Source: Octopus vulgaris (Eukaryota). From it: a DNA stretch of 64,000 bases. Position numbers and translations under genes: made by a program. The notes under the pieces are model-generated. The model searched no databases. It had not been told where the DNA came from and saw only the letters and a program-made list of their open reading frames with translations. Positions 46,405 through 61,647 of this stretch are shown piece by piece (positions within the stretch are counted from its first letter, which is position 1; each line of letters opens with the position of its first letter). The stretch spans positions 27,094,001-27,158,000 of the forward strand of contig OX597829.1 of the NCBI GenBank assembly GCA_951406725.2, written 5' to 3'.

Positions 46405-49400
46405 TCCTGTCCATCAACCACTCAAATACTTATTTAACCATGCTTTTGAATGTGAGTAATTTAGGATGAACAGGCCAAAAGTTAGCTGTTAGCACCTGGA
46501 TATAAATTTCACAATCGCTGTCAGAAGAAAAACCAGAATTGTGAATTGCAGCCCAAATAAACAATCCACTACTACTCACACTATTCACCTTTTACTAAAG
46601 TAGTATTCTTTTGTAATGATCTTTGTCTTATTGGTTGCTTAATTTAATCAATAAAAACATTTCAGATGGATAAAGTCATCCATCTGCACAGCTGGTGGCT
46701 GTTTTAAGTTGCAGATAACCAACATTTTCTCACAGAAATGAGTTCAAATGACTAAAATCACCTTGATTTAATATTTGAAGTGATGTAAATTTTAACCCTT
46801 CAGAATGTTTGCAATGTTGTTTACCTGATATTCATTTAAAAAGAACCTTTTATTGCCTGGCTAACTAGTGTTGACTGACACCAAGTAACTAAAATGAGGA
46901 GCCTCATTACTTGAAATTGTCCTCTCCCACTTAGTAAACAGTATATCAATTGTTCTCTAGGTTAGTAGAACACTTCTGGAATCCTTCCTTTGTTGTATTT
47001 GAAATTGGGTATTCAAGTAAATATTTTTGCTAAATAAGTTTACCCTTGTTTATACCTTATTAGGTAGTTGAAAATCCCCCCCCCCCCACTACAATTCAGT
47101 TACTATGTTCTATGAGGACACAGTCAGTCATATCCATACATTGAATGCAAATGTTCATGGTGCTTCTTCATTGTTAATTTTGGACATTTGTTTGACTACT
47201 TAAGTATCTCAGGCATAGGTAACTAACCTTTTTTTTTTTAGAAGTAGGCTGCATGAGACATGACTTATCATCAAGCAGGTTGTACTACTAAAAAGAATTC
47301 AAGGTAATTTTTTGTTAGGCACACTATTCAGAAAGTCCCATCTTCTTGACTTTGTTACGGATACCTCCACAGAACAAATGAGATGCACAATCTTTATATA
47401 CTCAATTTTATGATATCAGTTTAACACCATGTGCTGCAGCAATGAATTCCCAATCTTTTCGTTTAGTAGCTGATAGTACATGCTTATGAATTTTAACAGC
47501 AAATCTTTTGCCCTCATTTGCTTCCTTGTTTACCTCATGAAATACCAGTACTTTTAATTTAAGAACAAGCTATCATTGCTGTCAAACTAATTTTATTTAT
47601 CCAAACGTAAATGTTACTTTGTAGGCTTAATTCAGATGAAATGAATTAAAATTTAAAATGGAAAAGGCATCTGAGGGGCAATGCATACCCTGTGCACAGA
47701 TAAATTTATAGTGTGGCTTACAATGCATTGCTTACCTATGCTTTTTAACTGAACTGATTTTTTTTATGTCTCACCATTATATGTATTTATTCTCCAGTCA
47801 AATTAAATCAACTCATAAGTAAATGAAAGCCTTGAATCCATCACTGTACCTGCACACATGTATACACACACTCATACACACAGTCACCTATCTACATATG
47901 TATTTACGTATGTTTGAAGATAGTCAAACCAAATTTTCATCATTCTAAGCCATTCACCCAATAAGTATTTCTGCCAAATTTGGTGAAAATCCATTCAGCT
48001 GTTTTCCAGTAATTTTGCAAACACACCAAGTATTGAATCTGCATAAGCCCAAGCAATTCAAAGCATTGTTTTATTTTCAATATCTGAGAATATTTTGTTT
48101 TGAAGTTATTTTAATTTGTTTCAAGATTCTTTTTTTTAAATTTATACATATGAATGTGTAGAGTTAAATGTCAGTCCTTAAAGTCTTTCAGTAATTAGGA
48201 GACATTTATTTTTCCACATTGCTAAAAGCTGAGTCTTAAACCTTATACTTATTTTACACTAGTGGGTGGACTGACTCATTTAGTACTTTTATCATGAATG
48301 TACAATGTCAGTGATTTGACACAAACAAGCAATACTTCAAATAATTATGTGACACTTTATTACAACTCTCTCAGCAAAACTTGTCATGTCAAGCAGTGGA
48401 ACAAAAATAGTTAAATAGGAATATAAGAATTTAATATATGTAATGGAAATGTTATGTAATAGTTGTGAATTGATCATAACAAATTGATGAATTATTTCTC
48501 AAACATGAACAGCAATACATTCAAACTATCTGGGATAAAACAAATCAAAGTAGATTTTTTATATTTAATTTACTGGCTTTTCTGAATTAAAATCTGATCA
48601 GGGATTAGAAAACAAATTTAAGATCTTTCTGGATTTTATTCTATATGTGATTAAGTAGTATACTGCTATAATGGCTATTTGTAAAAATAAGAATTTGTTG
48701 ACTGATATTATCAGTGGCTGAATTTTTCAAGATATCAGCTTTTCTGTCTGTAGATTGTAAGTTTATAGTTTGTCACAGGAGGCATTTAATTTTGTTTCAC
48801 ATTATCAGGTCATGATAGCTTAACATTTTGACAAATGTCTCCAAAAAGATTAAGGAGAATCAGATAAGATTTTCATGAGCAGTATATTTGCAATGTATGT
48901 ACTGTTAAGTAATGATTTCTTTCATTTGCCCAAGATCAGAAATTTGTTGCAGGGGAAAATAGTGAATAGCATTGACTTTAGTTTATAGCTGGTACTAATT
49001 TTCTTAAACAGTAAAGTTAGCCCAAATGAAATTTGATATCAGAACACAGACAGAGGTGAGGCTAGACACATAGTTTGGCACTCTGCGAAATCCCTACCAT
49101 TGCCTGTAGATATAATAAATACTAAGATCAATGTTTCAGCCAGAAAACTGTGTTGTTCTCTACATTGTTCCTATATTTTTATATTTAAGCTTTTCATTTT
49201 CTGTTTAGAAAGGCTTACATGAATAGTAAACAAATCTTTTCCTGAAATACCCCTGAGTGTGCCTTTTCTATTGAAGTTTACATATACAAATAATAAAAAT
49301 AGTAATGAAATAATAATAAAGATGATTTCTTTGTAACAACAATGGTGATTTCTTAATAGTAATAAGTAAAACTAATTTATTTTTTCTGTTGCCTTTAAAA

Positions 49401-52400
49401 AAAGTTTCAAATTTCATAGTGAACTAGGGTTCTCTAGAATTATTCATAATCTTAAGAAAATAAAAAAAAAAGAGAAACTTTTTCACTATAAAATAGAAAT
49501 ATTAGTGACTGTTTAGAACTTTTTGAACATATGCCAAATATGAGAATGAGATTAGCTACTTTTTTCTTAAAAAATTTTTTTTTAAATTTAACATTTATAG
49601 AATCACATTATCTGTCAAGGTCCCATTAAAAATATGGTTCTTGATAAGATAAATACAAGTATGCAAAACATGATGCACTTTTCATATCAGTGTCATTATA
49701 TATACACTACTTTGATTCAGCTTGTTAAAGTTTGAGATAGTTACAAAGTTGTGTTTCTTATCTGAAATGATCTAACAGAGTAGGCAAGTGGAATGGAGAT
49801 ACATTGGAATGATAATTATTTGTTAAGGAACTAACTGTAAGGATTGATAATGAAGAAATTGTGTGCGTGTTATTTTTGAAATTGTTTCACTTGCTAATAT
49901 TGATGTTTACTATGGGCTTATTTGTAAAAGTAAATTTATTATGTTTGTTTATTTAATCCAGATAATAATGTGGATTATTCCTCCACAACTTGTCTGCAAA
50001 CACCTACCTCTCCATCACTCTTCTAATTACATTACTGCTCACTCAGATAGTATAAATGATACCCATTTATCCTCATTAAACTTACATCATCTCCCTATTA
50101 CTGCTCCTTATCAACCTCTACCATTAGCCATTCCTATTTCCTTTACTTCCCTCCTGAAACTGATATTCACCACTAATCATGTTTTCAGTTGTCTGTCCCA
50201 TTCACTGTATCCACTTCAACCTCCATCTCTAACCGTCTATCACTCATTAATGAACTCACTTATCCACCTACCTTTCTGATCCTCTAACCTTACACTCTCA
50301 TGTACCTTGATGGTATGCCCCCACCACCTTTCTTTCTTGTTTTAGCTGGAGAAGCCATGTATCTCCTCTTGTTCAAAACACCTGTTCCAGTCCCTCTATC
50401 ATACTTTCAGCTCTAAACACCTGACATAAAGCCACTTCCCTCAATACTACAACCGCACTCATCTTAGGGGTCTTGTCTTGAGAGTTACTTGATGGCATCG
50501 CTTGTGCCAGTGACATGAAAGCAGTACCAGTACATTGTGTAAAGTTGTTGACATTAGAAAGAGCATCTGACCATAGAAACCATGCCAAAGTGGACATGGG
50601 AGCTTGACACAGTCTTCTGGCTCATTGGTTTCTATCGAAATGTCTCACCTATAGTAATATGGAAAACATTGAAGAATGGTGGGTTATGTCAACTCTAAAC
50701 TAAGAAAACCATTTTGACTTTTGTATGCTTTGGAAAACTTTAGAATTAATTGTATAATTTTAATTTAGATAATGTTTGCATTGAATAGTAACATGAGAAT
50801 TTTAAAAAGGTTAAATTGTTCATTTACATTTTGTTTTTAAATTAAGCATATTGAGAAATTGATAAATATAAAGGAAGCAGTATTTAAGTATTTTGTGACA
50901 GAGTAGTTAAAATACTAGTATTCTTCCTTAATTTAAGCTTTGTTCCAGTAAAATTTGTCTTAAGGAGTCATCATTTGCATAAATAACTATTCAGAATGAT
51001 ATAAACTAGTAAGTAATATTAAAGCAATATTAAAGGAAGGTATCAGATTAAAGTCTGATGCTTCACTTTAACTATTGTCATGTAGTAGTTTGCATCTCAG
51101 TTCAATTCCAAGGTTGATAAAGCTTTTCATTTTGATGGATGTTAATTAAACATTGGTAATGTACTAGTATAACAACTAAAATCAAAATTATGGCTAGTCT
51201 GTGGTATTTGTGGTTAAGTCTCTAAGCACTTAATTGGCTACCTCTGTATTACAAAATATATATTTCCCCAATGAAATGTTAATGCACTGTCATCTAAGCT
51301 GATTATTAATTTATATTGTGTTCATTCATTGTTTTGTAACAGCAAAAAACTATTGAATCATTCTATTTCTGAGTGCTTCATTTTGTGACTGCTTATATAG
51401 TATCATCTATTATTCACTTATATATATTGCAGGTTTTTGCACCTGGTTACTATATAAATAGTTGTCACTTTACAGTGTATGATTGTATGCATTTTGCTTC
51501 AGCTCGTATAGACAAGAAAATGCAAAATATGGAACTTTATCCAAAATATTATTTGAACTGTTGTTTTGCCAAAGATTATCTTCAGATTCACTTCTGCAAG
51601 ATTCATGCCAATAATGTCTTCATTTTTTTCTAGCCTACTCGTGTGTGTCTGTGTGTGCATGTGCATTTGTGTGAGAGAAAGTACAAGTGAGCTTACATTT
51701 TTTGCCAGAACACAAAAACAGAGAAGGGTTGGGAAGGAGCAGCCAACAAACTTTATTCTAATATATACTAATTAATCAATCATATAACTTACAAGTCATA
51801 AGTTAGTCATTATTCAAACTACAAAATATATATTAAAAACATATAGCCAGAAAGTCAAGATTCATGCTTACTTTCAAATTGAAGTATTTAGAAATAATAA
51901 ATGAAAATGAAAATTTAATACATATTTGAATTTATAAGTTTTGAGGTTTACTAGTTTATTTCATTAAAAAGCATTTATATAGTTTGTTGTATTTTCGATT
52001 AATCAATTTGTAATGTTCATTTGTCTCTTTAATTTGCATATATTCTTTGTGAAAAGCTAATTTTACTATATATTTCAGAAGAATTTAAATATAAAACTGA
52101 AAATTTGATCATTTTCATTTTGTAAAGGGCATCCAACCATAGGAACTATGCTAAAGCAGGCATTGTAGTTTAGTGCAGTTTTCTGGCTCACCAGCTCTTG
52201 CCAAACCTATGCCAGCATGGAAAATAGGCATTGAATGATGCCGAGGAGATAGTTTATATATATAAATTTTATTTTGATGAAAAGTTCATTATTATTCTGA
52301 CCAAGTAGGAACTAAAATAAAGTTGAGAACATATATGTACTAAATAAGTTTTCTCTGTTGCATTATTTCAACATCAATGATGAAACAGAAAATATGTTAA

Positions 52401-53495
52401 CCACTGTAGTTTTGGATAAATGCCATTGGATAATTTGTGAAGACCCTGAGCCAAGCTCTGTTAAATGCTTTTATTTATTTATTTTTTTTTTTTTTACATG
52501 TTAACTTATTCAGTGAAGGTGAACCACTACAATATGAATTGTTTTTGGGTCAGATTACAGATTAGTTCAGCAGCATAGCTTATTTATGTATGCCTGCTAT
52601 GGATGTGCTGCTTAAAAGATGACTTTCTCAATGTAACATTTAATTTATTGAAAATATATCAAATAGCTATTGATTTTTTTTTTTTTATCTATATAAATAT
52701 ATATGAGATTTGGAGAAAGCATTCATGCATTCTTACATCAGCATTTACAGATTTGAAGATTTATATTTATTTAATTTTTACTTTTATTACATTTATTTTC
52801 AAAAGCATATTTACCTAATGAAATAGATACTAACTACATGTTCATAGGTCATGAGTTGAAACCTTGATACAGGCATTGTTTTTAGTTTTTTGTTTCCTTC
52901 TAATTTAGAATTAATATCTGTTCACAATATAATGTTTGTCAAAGTAGGAGCATTTAGCTTTAAAATCGCTGCTTTCAAAGGTCACTTAATTGTTATTTGC
53001 AAGTTGGTCCAGGTTGAGTGAAACATTTCTTAACCTGATTTGTAAGATTTGTTTAATGTCTGTTTTATCCTGCAAGGTTAGCAATTTATGAAACCATGTA
53101 GTTCTAATTATACTATGTGTGTGTGTCCCCTCTAATATATTATAGCTTCTACTGTTGTACCAATTGTATCCTTGTAAAATGCGTGTTTTTATAATAGACA
53201 AAAAAATTTGGATTAACTTTCTAAATGTTATTAACACCCTTCATTAGGGCTCTTGCAGACAAAAGAATTAGTGAAAGACATTTAAAGAGTTTTCCAAATC
53301 ATGTAAGCCTGATAATGTCGATAAATGAATACTATTCTTTTTTTAATGAAATGAAATGAAAACAACCAGTGAAAATTATTTCAGCGTATTTTCTCTCCTT
53401 TAAATAGACATGAAATGAAATAACTAAAAAAATGTTTTTGTTTTTTTTTAAATATACGTATTGAACCCTAATTCCCTATTTTTATTATTTTGCAG

Positions 53496-53617
53496 TGTCC
53501 CAGACCACCTTGAGAAATATCATATGGCTATTCCTATATATCAGGGTATATTATCTTTATTTGTTGTTGCAAATTTTGCCTTAGCAACATTTATGGACCC
53601 TGGAGTCTATCCCAAAG
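53496..53617 (+). CDS. ZDHHC8: ZDHHC5/8 ortholog, coding exon 2: VPDHLEKYHMAIPIYQGILSLFVVANFALATFMDPGVYPK
   Basis: TM2 plus the ANF..ATFMDPG motif diagnostic of ZDHHC5/8. Acceptor tttttattattttgcag|, donor AAAG|gtatgt, 122 nt, phase 2 to 1. The DHHC exons were not found in the window. Confidence 0.95.
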
Positions 53618-56600
53618 GTATGTTTTACAATTCCACCTATTCTATCGTTTTGATACAAACCTATGATTTTAAATAGTAACTTGTTTATTATTATTATAAA
53701 TATTTGACATTAGCTTTAATCTTTAGTCATCATTGTTTTCATGTGTATTATTTTCATCCATTATACATTAAAATTCATGCATAATAATTTCTTAACTGTA
53801 ATGTTCCTGAATGCCAACCAGTTAAAAATAATTTTGCAGTCATGAAGCTTTATGATTATGTCTGAAGAACAATATATAACAACTTATGAAGTATCAATAA
53901 TAGAACTGGATGTCTACTACATTATTTATACATCTGGAAGTAATGATACAATAATGTTTTTTACAAAGTCACTCATCCTCACTCCACTTTTGTGTTGAGA
54001 TAAAACCAATTTAATCAATCAAATTTTATAAATTATTTACATATTGCACATGAGAAATTAAAAGAACAAAATTAAAAATTCAATTGTTGTTGGCCTCCCT
54101 GCAAGGCACAAGATCATGACAGCTTCCTTCTACTCCTTCTTAGGCCCCAGTTCAACTGCTCAGAAGCTGGTCTGCCCCTGTAGGTACGTGTGTGTAATTA
54201 AAGAGGTGTATGGTTCTTATACAGGGAGCAATTTGTAAAATGTGTGTTATGGTTTATATGGTATAGCTAGAAGAAAAGGAAAGGTGATTTCTTGGTTCTG
54301 GGTTGGATTAGTGTAGTTCAGATGTTGATAGCTTTGGGAACAATGTTTAGTTTTTTAATGTGTGGATTGTCTTTAGGTTTTCTATTGTTTGTTCACTTGT
54401 GACTTTGGATATAGTTGGAATGTTTGTGATGTAGTTTTTGTAGCCTTGTTCAATATAGTTATTCCTGGTGAGTGTATGTATTGTGAGGTTTTGTGATAAT
54501 TGCTTAAGTTGTAAAGGCATGTAGTTTCAGTGTATGGTATGTGGAAGTATGTGTGTAATGTTTCTTGTGCAGCCTGTGGCAAGTCAGACCATAGTATTTT
54601 CTATGAGCTGTGTATTGCTGCTTATGTGCAAAGCCATTGGAGACCAGACAAAAGATGGGTATGTTCTAGAATGGATCACATAATTTTCTTTTCTTTTGCA
54701 TGTTTTGATGAATTTCTTTTATTCTGTTGGCCTCCATTTGAATATAGCCAAGTAGTACATATTTATATATAAAATGTATGTGTTGAGAAATATGTGGACT
54801 TTTGTTTAATTATTTTTGATTTGTTTAGTATTGTGTTAGACCTATGATTAAAAACATTCCAGCCATGACCATCCATTATTTTTAGGAGTATTTGAAACAT
54901 CTTTATCTAATGTAACATGTTATTTAAGACAACTGGGTGTTTGAAGTGTATTTGGCTGCTATTTCTCACATGTTTAGCAATGGATGCAAAACTCAATACT
55001 ATTGGATGTTTTGTTGTGGTCACAGTGTCATTAAGTTGTATCTTATGTGTAAGGTTATATTTGGCTTGATTTGGATAAAAAATGTGGAAATTATTTTGTT
55101 TTTCTTGTGTGAAGCTCTTCTTCAGTGTCCAATTCATCATTATCATCCTCATCATTGCTTTTCCATGTTGGCATGAGTTGGATAGGTTGTTTACAACCTG
55201 AGCCAGTTCTTAGTTACCATTCTCCTAGATTAACCAGGACCCACTTTTAGCCCATATGTTCCAAGATTTCTATTGCTGGATACCCTTTATATCACCAGCT
55301 ACCTTACATTGTATACTGGGTATATTTTACTATATTCCTGGCACTACAGATGCCATGCCGGGCAAGACTTAAGTGTTCTCTTTATCCTCTATTATCATTA
55401 GTTTACTGACACCTGCAAAACTAAAGAGTTCCCTCTTCTCTGCATGCATATCTTTCCTTCTGTTCTTACATAATTGGTGTGTAAAAAGGAACATTTTCTA
55501 TCATGTCACTGGTAATAGAAAGTAGCCTATGTTTGAGCTTATGAGTATCCTCTATTCTGTGTTGGTCTGGGTTAAAAAAGGTCATCTTACCCTGAACTGG
55601 TCTTTATTCTTACTGTTCATAGGTCAATATGTTAGGTTGTATACAAAGAGTAGGTAGGAGGTTCATAATTGAAATATAGTTTCCATAAGAGTCATAAATA
55701 TAGAGTCCATAAGAGCAGCCAAGGATAATTGAAAATTTTATGCTGAGGTAACCTTGACACTAAGTTATTGGGTATTTTACTTTTGGGTTTCTTAAAAGTA
55801 GTATAAGGGATGCCTCTGTTGTAAAGGTTTTACAGCCTGGTATTCCTTCTATATTGTACCTAATTTATCAAAGGAGATAGTGGGATTCTTCTTGAGTTGC
55901 AATAGCATCTAGGTAGCTTGTGCCAGATATCATCTGTCAAAGTTTAAGTCAGTGTACTCAACACTAAATCAGCCCTTGTTGCAAGTGAAATAGCAAATGG
56001 TCAGTAGGGGCATTTAGGTAAAGAGATGGATGGGGCTTATTGTGCTGGCATGTAGGTTAATGGACCGATACCCGCTGAGACCTCATTAAAGAGGACAGAA
56101 GTAGTGGGGTGAACTAGCTTGTTGGTGGAGTGCAGAGTTGGCAGACATCTGTTGTTATTTCTCCATCACTTAAGGCAGTTTGATGGGAGAAAGAACAAGT
56201 GAGTTTGAGGGTTATAACAGAGAATAACAGTTGATAACCTGGGTGATAAGTGTATATTGGTGATGCAAGGAAGAATAATGGAAGAGAGAGTTAGTGATAG
56301 TCATTTATGTAATAGTTAAGGAGAGTAGATAGCCATTGGATATACAGAGCAAAAACAACCAAAAGCAAGAGGTTTGCACATGTTCTGTGACATGTTTGCT
56401 CCATCTTGCAAAGGAGTGTATTGGGAAGAAGTGAATATGGAACAAAAGTGATATACTTACCTTCTTTGAAAGTATGGAAATGTTATTCAAGAAGGTGTCA
56501 AATGAAGAGAATGCATGAGAGTGAGGGAGCTTACCCTAGGTAGATCCTAACAGATCTATGGAAATTGACAACTGCATTATAGAAAACATAATTGTGAATA

Positions 56601-57479
56601 TGAAGGCAGGGAAAGCAGCTGGATCATCAGAGATGGTTGCTGAGATACTGAAAATATCTGATTAAATAGATTGGTCACACACTAGTCACTTATGTAGTTA
56701 GTCCAGTAGGATGGGGAAGTGTCATACCCAATGGTAGGCATAGTAGTATCAATTTATTAATGTTATTCCAAATTGTCATAACTATCAATGTTCTAATGTT
56801 CTACTTTTCATGATAACATATATTGGGTATATGTGTGATATGGAAATTTTTTTACTTATCTCAATACTGTATCATCTTGTCTAAGATCTGGCATCCTAAA
56901 ATCTGACCTCAATTTCTGTGATGTTTTCTTTGGACTTCTTCCTCAGTCAAAAATTCATGCTATAAGTATTTGGCACTTATTCACTTATAACTCATTGTAA
57001 ATAAATGTATTGTGTAAGTGAAGTAGTTTCAACTAGGTTTTGAAGTCAGACACTATTAATTGGGATCTAATATCATGAAAACTTTGTGTCTTCCTTGTTC
57101 TTTTTCAAGGCACCCAGTTAAAAAAGCGTTGACTGATGGCATTAAAATTTGGATTTTATATAGTAATTTGCCCATCTGTCCACTTTCTTTACTAACACTA
57201 ATATAAGCTTATGGAGAACCTGATACAGTTACTTGATTTTATAGAAATAGTAGCAAAATCTCCCTTAATTACATCTGGTGATTTTAAAAATGAAGCAGAT
57301 ATATAAGGTAATGTAGTCTGAGATACTCCTTAAAAGACAAGATGGTTACAGCTGGAATGTTTAAGATCATAGATCCATTCAAAGTTGACCCAGAGGTAAA
57401 CAACAACAAAAGAATTAATATTCAAGCAAATTTGTATTCTGTCTGTGAAGTTAAGATGTTATACTCTGATCAAACAGTC

Positions 57480-59115
57480 ATAAGTTAAGGCTACTATTAC
57501 AGGTAGAGAATCCAAAAGTAAGACGTCTGCACACATTCTGTGACACGAGGACTGCAAATATAAGGCATTCTGGATTGCAAAGCATGCTTGTATTTAGAGA
57601 TTCGGAAAAGAAGGCTATGAACAGTTATTAAATGTGGTGAATGCATGGGAGAAAGAGAATCTTCCTAATGTGAATACAACAGAGGGTCCAGTTATTTATG
57701 TTGACAGTAGTGTTATAAAGTAATTAAGAAAATGAAGATTAGAAAAGCCCCTGGTTCATTAGAAATTACCTCTTGAATGCTTAAAATATCTGGTGGTTTA
57801 GGACATGGCTTAGTTACTTGTATAGTTAATGATGTTGTACAGGAAAGCATATCCATTGATTGTTATAGTCAGCTCTTGCTGTTACAAGGGTAGAGGAGAT
57901 GCCATATAAAGAAGTAATTATAGAGGTATCAAATAACTGGACCATGTTATGAAAGTTACTGAAAGAATCATAACCCAGTTAATTAGAAAGAACCTGGATG
58001 AGAATCATTTTGGTTTTTTGCCAGGGAGAAGCACTACTGATGCTCTCTTTATGGTTCAGTAACTACAGGAGAAGTATTTAGCAATAGCAAAAAGTAAACC
58101 ACTACACTTGGCATTCATTGACCTGGAGAAAGCCTTTGACAGGGTGACTTGATCCTTTGTCTGGTGGTTGTACGAAAACTAGGAGTAGATGAATAGCTAG
58201 TGAGAATCACTCAAGCTATGTGTAGGGATTTAAGACCAGTTACCCTTGGGAACTCCTCTATGCTGACGACCTTGTTATAGCTAAAAGTGTAGAAGAATTA
58301 GAATTAAAATTACAAGTATGGAATCAAAGGATCTTAAGGTTAACTTCGCAAAGACTAAGGTTCTAATTTGTAGGAAAATAGACAGAACATTGAACCCTTA
58401 GGGTAAATGGTCCTATTCCATATGCAAACAATGGATACATAATAGGTGCAGTGAAATCAAAGGTAGGTTAATGGAGAAAGTAGAATTTGTTTGTGGTAAA
58501 TGTGCAGGAACAATAAAAGCACATGAGAAATAGATGTTCTGGAATGCCCAGGAGTCACCTTAGAAGTAGTAGATAGCTTGTTATCTAGGTGACCTAATTA
58601 ACAGTAGAAGAAGATGCTATGCTCTGAAAGTATAGCTGCTAGAATTTGAATTGGCTGAAGTAAGTTCAGAGACCTTTTTCCGCTGTTGGTAACAAAAGGC
58701 TAATTGTATTATGCTTCTGTTCTAACAGTGCTACATAGCTGTGAAACTTGAGTTGTAAATTCAGAGGACATGCAAAGGCTTGGAAGAAATAAAACAAGTA
58801 TGATCCAGTGAATATGTAATGTTAGGTGCATGTATGACAAAGCATAAATGGGGTTAGAGAAAAATTGGGCATAAGAGGCATCAGATATGTTCAAGAGAGT
58901 AGACTGTGCTGGTATGGTCATGTGATGCAGATGGATGAGGACAGCTAATAAAGAACTACTAATCACTAAACATTGAAGGAACATGTAGAAGAGGTAGATC
59001 TAGGAAGACATGGGATGAAGTGGTGAAAATTGACATCAATATGTTGAATCTTTCAGAGGAGATGCTGGAGGAGAGATGAATAATGTTATACTGTGCTTGA
59101 GAAGACCCATCCGTC
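57480..59115 (+). mobile_element. RTE-clade LINE reverse transcriptase pseudogene
   Basis: NYRGIK*LDHVMKVTERII, FGFLPGRSTTDALF, LAFIDLEKAFDRV, PWELLYADDLVI, LKVNFAKTKV, YLGD, WYGHVMQM, RGRSRKTWDEVV, with many stops and frameshifts. Confidence 0.9.
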
Positions 59116-61384
59116 TCAGTAGAATTGAGGCTGATATCCTTTGTGTCCAACTCATTCCCTATCTCTGATTATCTGTCTCATATTCACATTGTAGCTGGAC
59201 CTCATGTCGTCTTTCTCTCCTTCACTTTCCAGGTGGGCAGCCTATGTATTCTCCTCTTCAGCAAGACACCTGCTCCTCTTCTTCTATCATAGTTTCTTTC
59301 TCCAGTCATACCCCACTTAGTTGGTGACCTCACCAGTGCTGGTGCCATGTAAAAAGTATCCAGTACACTCTGTTTAACAGTTCCCAACTAAGAAGCCTGT
59401 ACAGTGGATCCCTGTGTCACTTGTTTCTCGGATCAAAATTTTTCTCATAAGTTACTCCATTGCAGCATGTGCAGATCTCTGAACTACCTTTTATCAATTC
59501 TGTTATAGCAATTACACACTTTCTTTTTCTATATTAATGACTTACTTATTGTTAGTTCTAACCATATAGGGTCTTCCTATGCAAATGATACTATTCATCA
59601 TTCCTTGTTAACCTTTCCACACAAGTATCATCCGTATACTGCATAATAGCTGACTTACTTCAAACACTACCTCTTTGAACAAATCCCTCAAATGAAAATC
59701 TTTTTTTTTCTTCAGCAGAACAAGAGATACAATTACAACATGCATCAAGGAAACACTCTTGCACCACACCATTCCTATTCATGAACAATATACTACTAAA
59801 CCCTAAATTTACTGCAAATTCTAGATTTCCAAGCCTATGGTGATCTTTCTTGGTACATATATATTACCAAAAACAGGCTCTCTTTCAGGGTTGCTTGTAT
59901 AGTAATAATGCTGATGCTTACATACATATGAACATTTCAAACCACATTCAAAATTTCCATCAGGCTTATTGGCAAAGATTCAATACCGGCTCACAAATGC
60001 GCTATTTCTTCTATCTACCTTCACCTCTATGATCTAGCAAGTTGTAAGACTACCTAATACATCTTTGTTCTCTTCAGCTCCTTCTGCCTTATAGATCCCC
60101 TTCTTATCACATTCAATAATTTCTCCCTAGAGTTGTGTAATTTTTCTACTAATTTTGATCTGCACATAATCAATTATAACAACTTCACTATTGTAAGAAG
60201 GCCTGTAAATGGCATATGCATTTCTCTTCATTTAATAAATAGTAAGTACAGTTGCCTGTTCATTGATTGTTTGAACATTGCCAAGGTATCTACGATGACC
60301 AAGTTCTAGCTCATGTTCTTGAGGTGACCAAATTGTATTCTTTTAATCTGACTGACAGATAGTGTGGCATACCCTGAATGGAAATGTTTGAATTAGTATT
60401 GCTCTTAGGCTATGTTTCACAGACATGTGTTTCTTGACTCTCTCTAACCTATAGATTATTAATTTTAGTGTATCACATGCTTCACTTATGCTATCCACAC
60501 ACTCTTCTCTTCATGCACAACCTTGTTGTCATTAGTTCTAATCTCTTAGACTTATATATGCAGATAATACCATCAGTCATTCCTCTTTAATCTTTCCGCA
60601 CAATTATAATCAACATGCAATTCATCATAGATGTGAACATGAAGGTAGATATTCTGGAAATTAAAAATTGTAAATAGTTTTTCTTATTTATTTCTAAGCA
60701 GGTTGGATGTTTGTTTTGATGGTATTACATAAACTATGCTTAAGGTGAAATGTGAAAAGGAATTTGTAATTTGGGATTTTGTTTCATTTCATTTTTCATG
60801 TCATAACTTTCAACATACACCTTGATTGGTTAAAAGAACTCATTACAATTCAGTTAAACAATTGAAGTTATTTATTTAAAGGATCATTAATGAAATACTT
60901 GTGAGCTCTAAGGGAACAATAATTTATAATGAAATCTTAAGTAAGATAAATAAAGGATAATAGTTTATAATTTAGTTTGGTGGCAACAATAGCTTTGACA
61001 GAAATTTTAGTAGAGTGTAGAAGTTAGCTATGAGGTGTTGTGGCCAGATGAGCTAATATAAGCATTGAAAATTAAGTTGAAACTGATGGTGGTGCTAGTC
61101 AACATTCTTCAGGCATACAGTCTAATGGCAAATAATTATAGTAATTCTTGGGCTCTCTATTGTAACCTACTCCTGCTGTTGTGAATTAGATAGGTTTTGG
61201 AGTTCAGGCTTTCCCACTATATGCAACACAATCACACACAGCGACATACATTTTGGACATAATTGAATGGGACTGCCAGGTTGAGGAAAAAAGTTAGGGT
61301 GGTGAAGATGACTTCTTGAATTGATAAACAAACAAAAGATATTGCAAGATGATTGTTGTTGCATAGGTTCTTCAGGTCTAATTA

Positions 61385-61576
61385 CTCTTTTACTTGTTTA
61401 ATTCATTTGACAGTGGCCATGCTGGAGCACCGCCTTTAGTTGAGCAAATCAACCCCAGGACTTATTCTTTGTAAACCTAGTACTTATTCTATTGAGCTCT
61501 TTTGCCGAACTGCTAAGTTACGGGGACGTAACACACCAGCATCGGTTGTCAAGCAATGTTGGGGGGACAAACACAG

Positions 61577-61647
<71 letters not shown>

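Larger units (their letters stand above)
20597..53495 (+). other. 32.9-kb first coding intron of the ZDHHC5/8 gene
   Basis: GT at 20597 and AG at 53494-53495. The spliced product reads ...FFIF-I-VPDHLEK... with nothing missing relative to the family. Confidence 0.85.
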
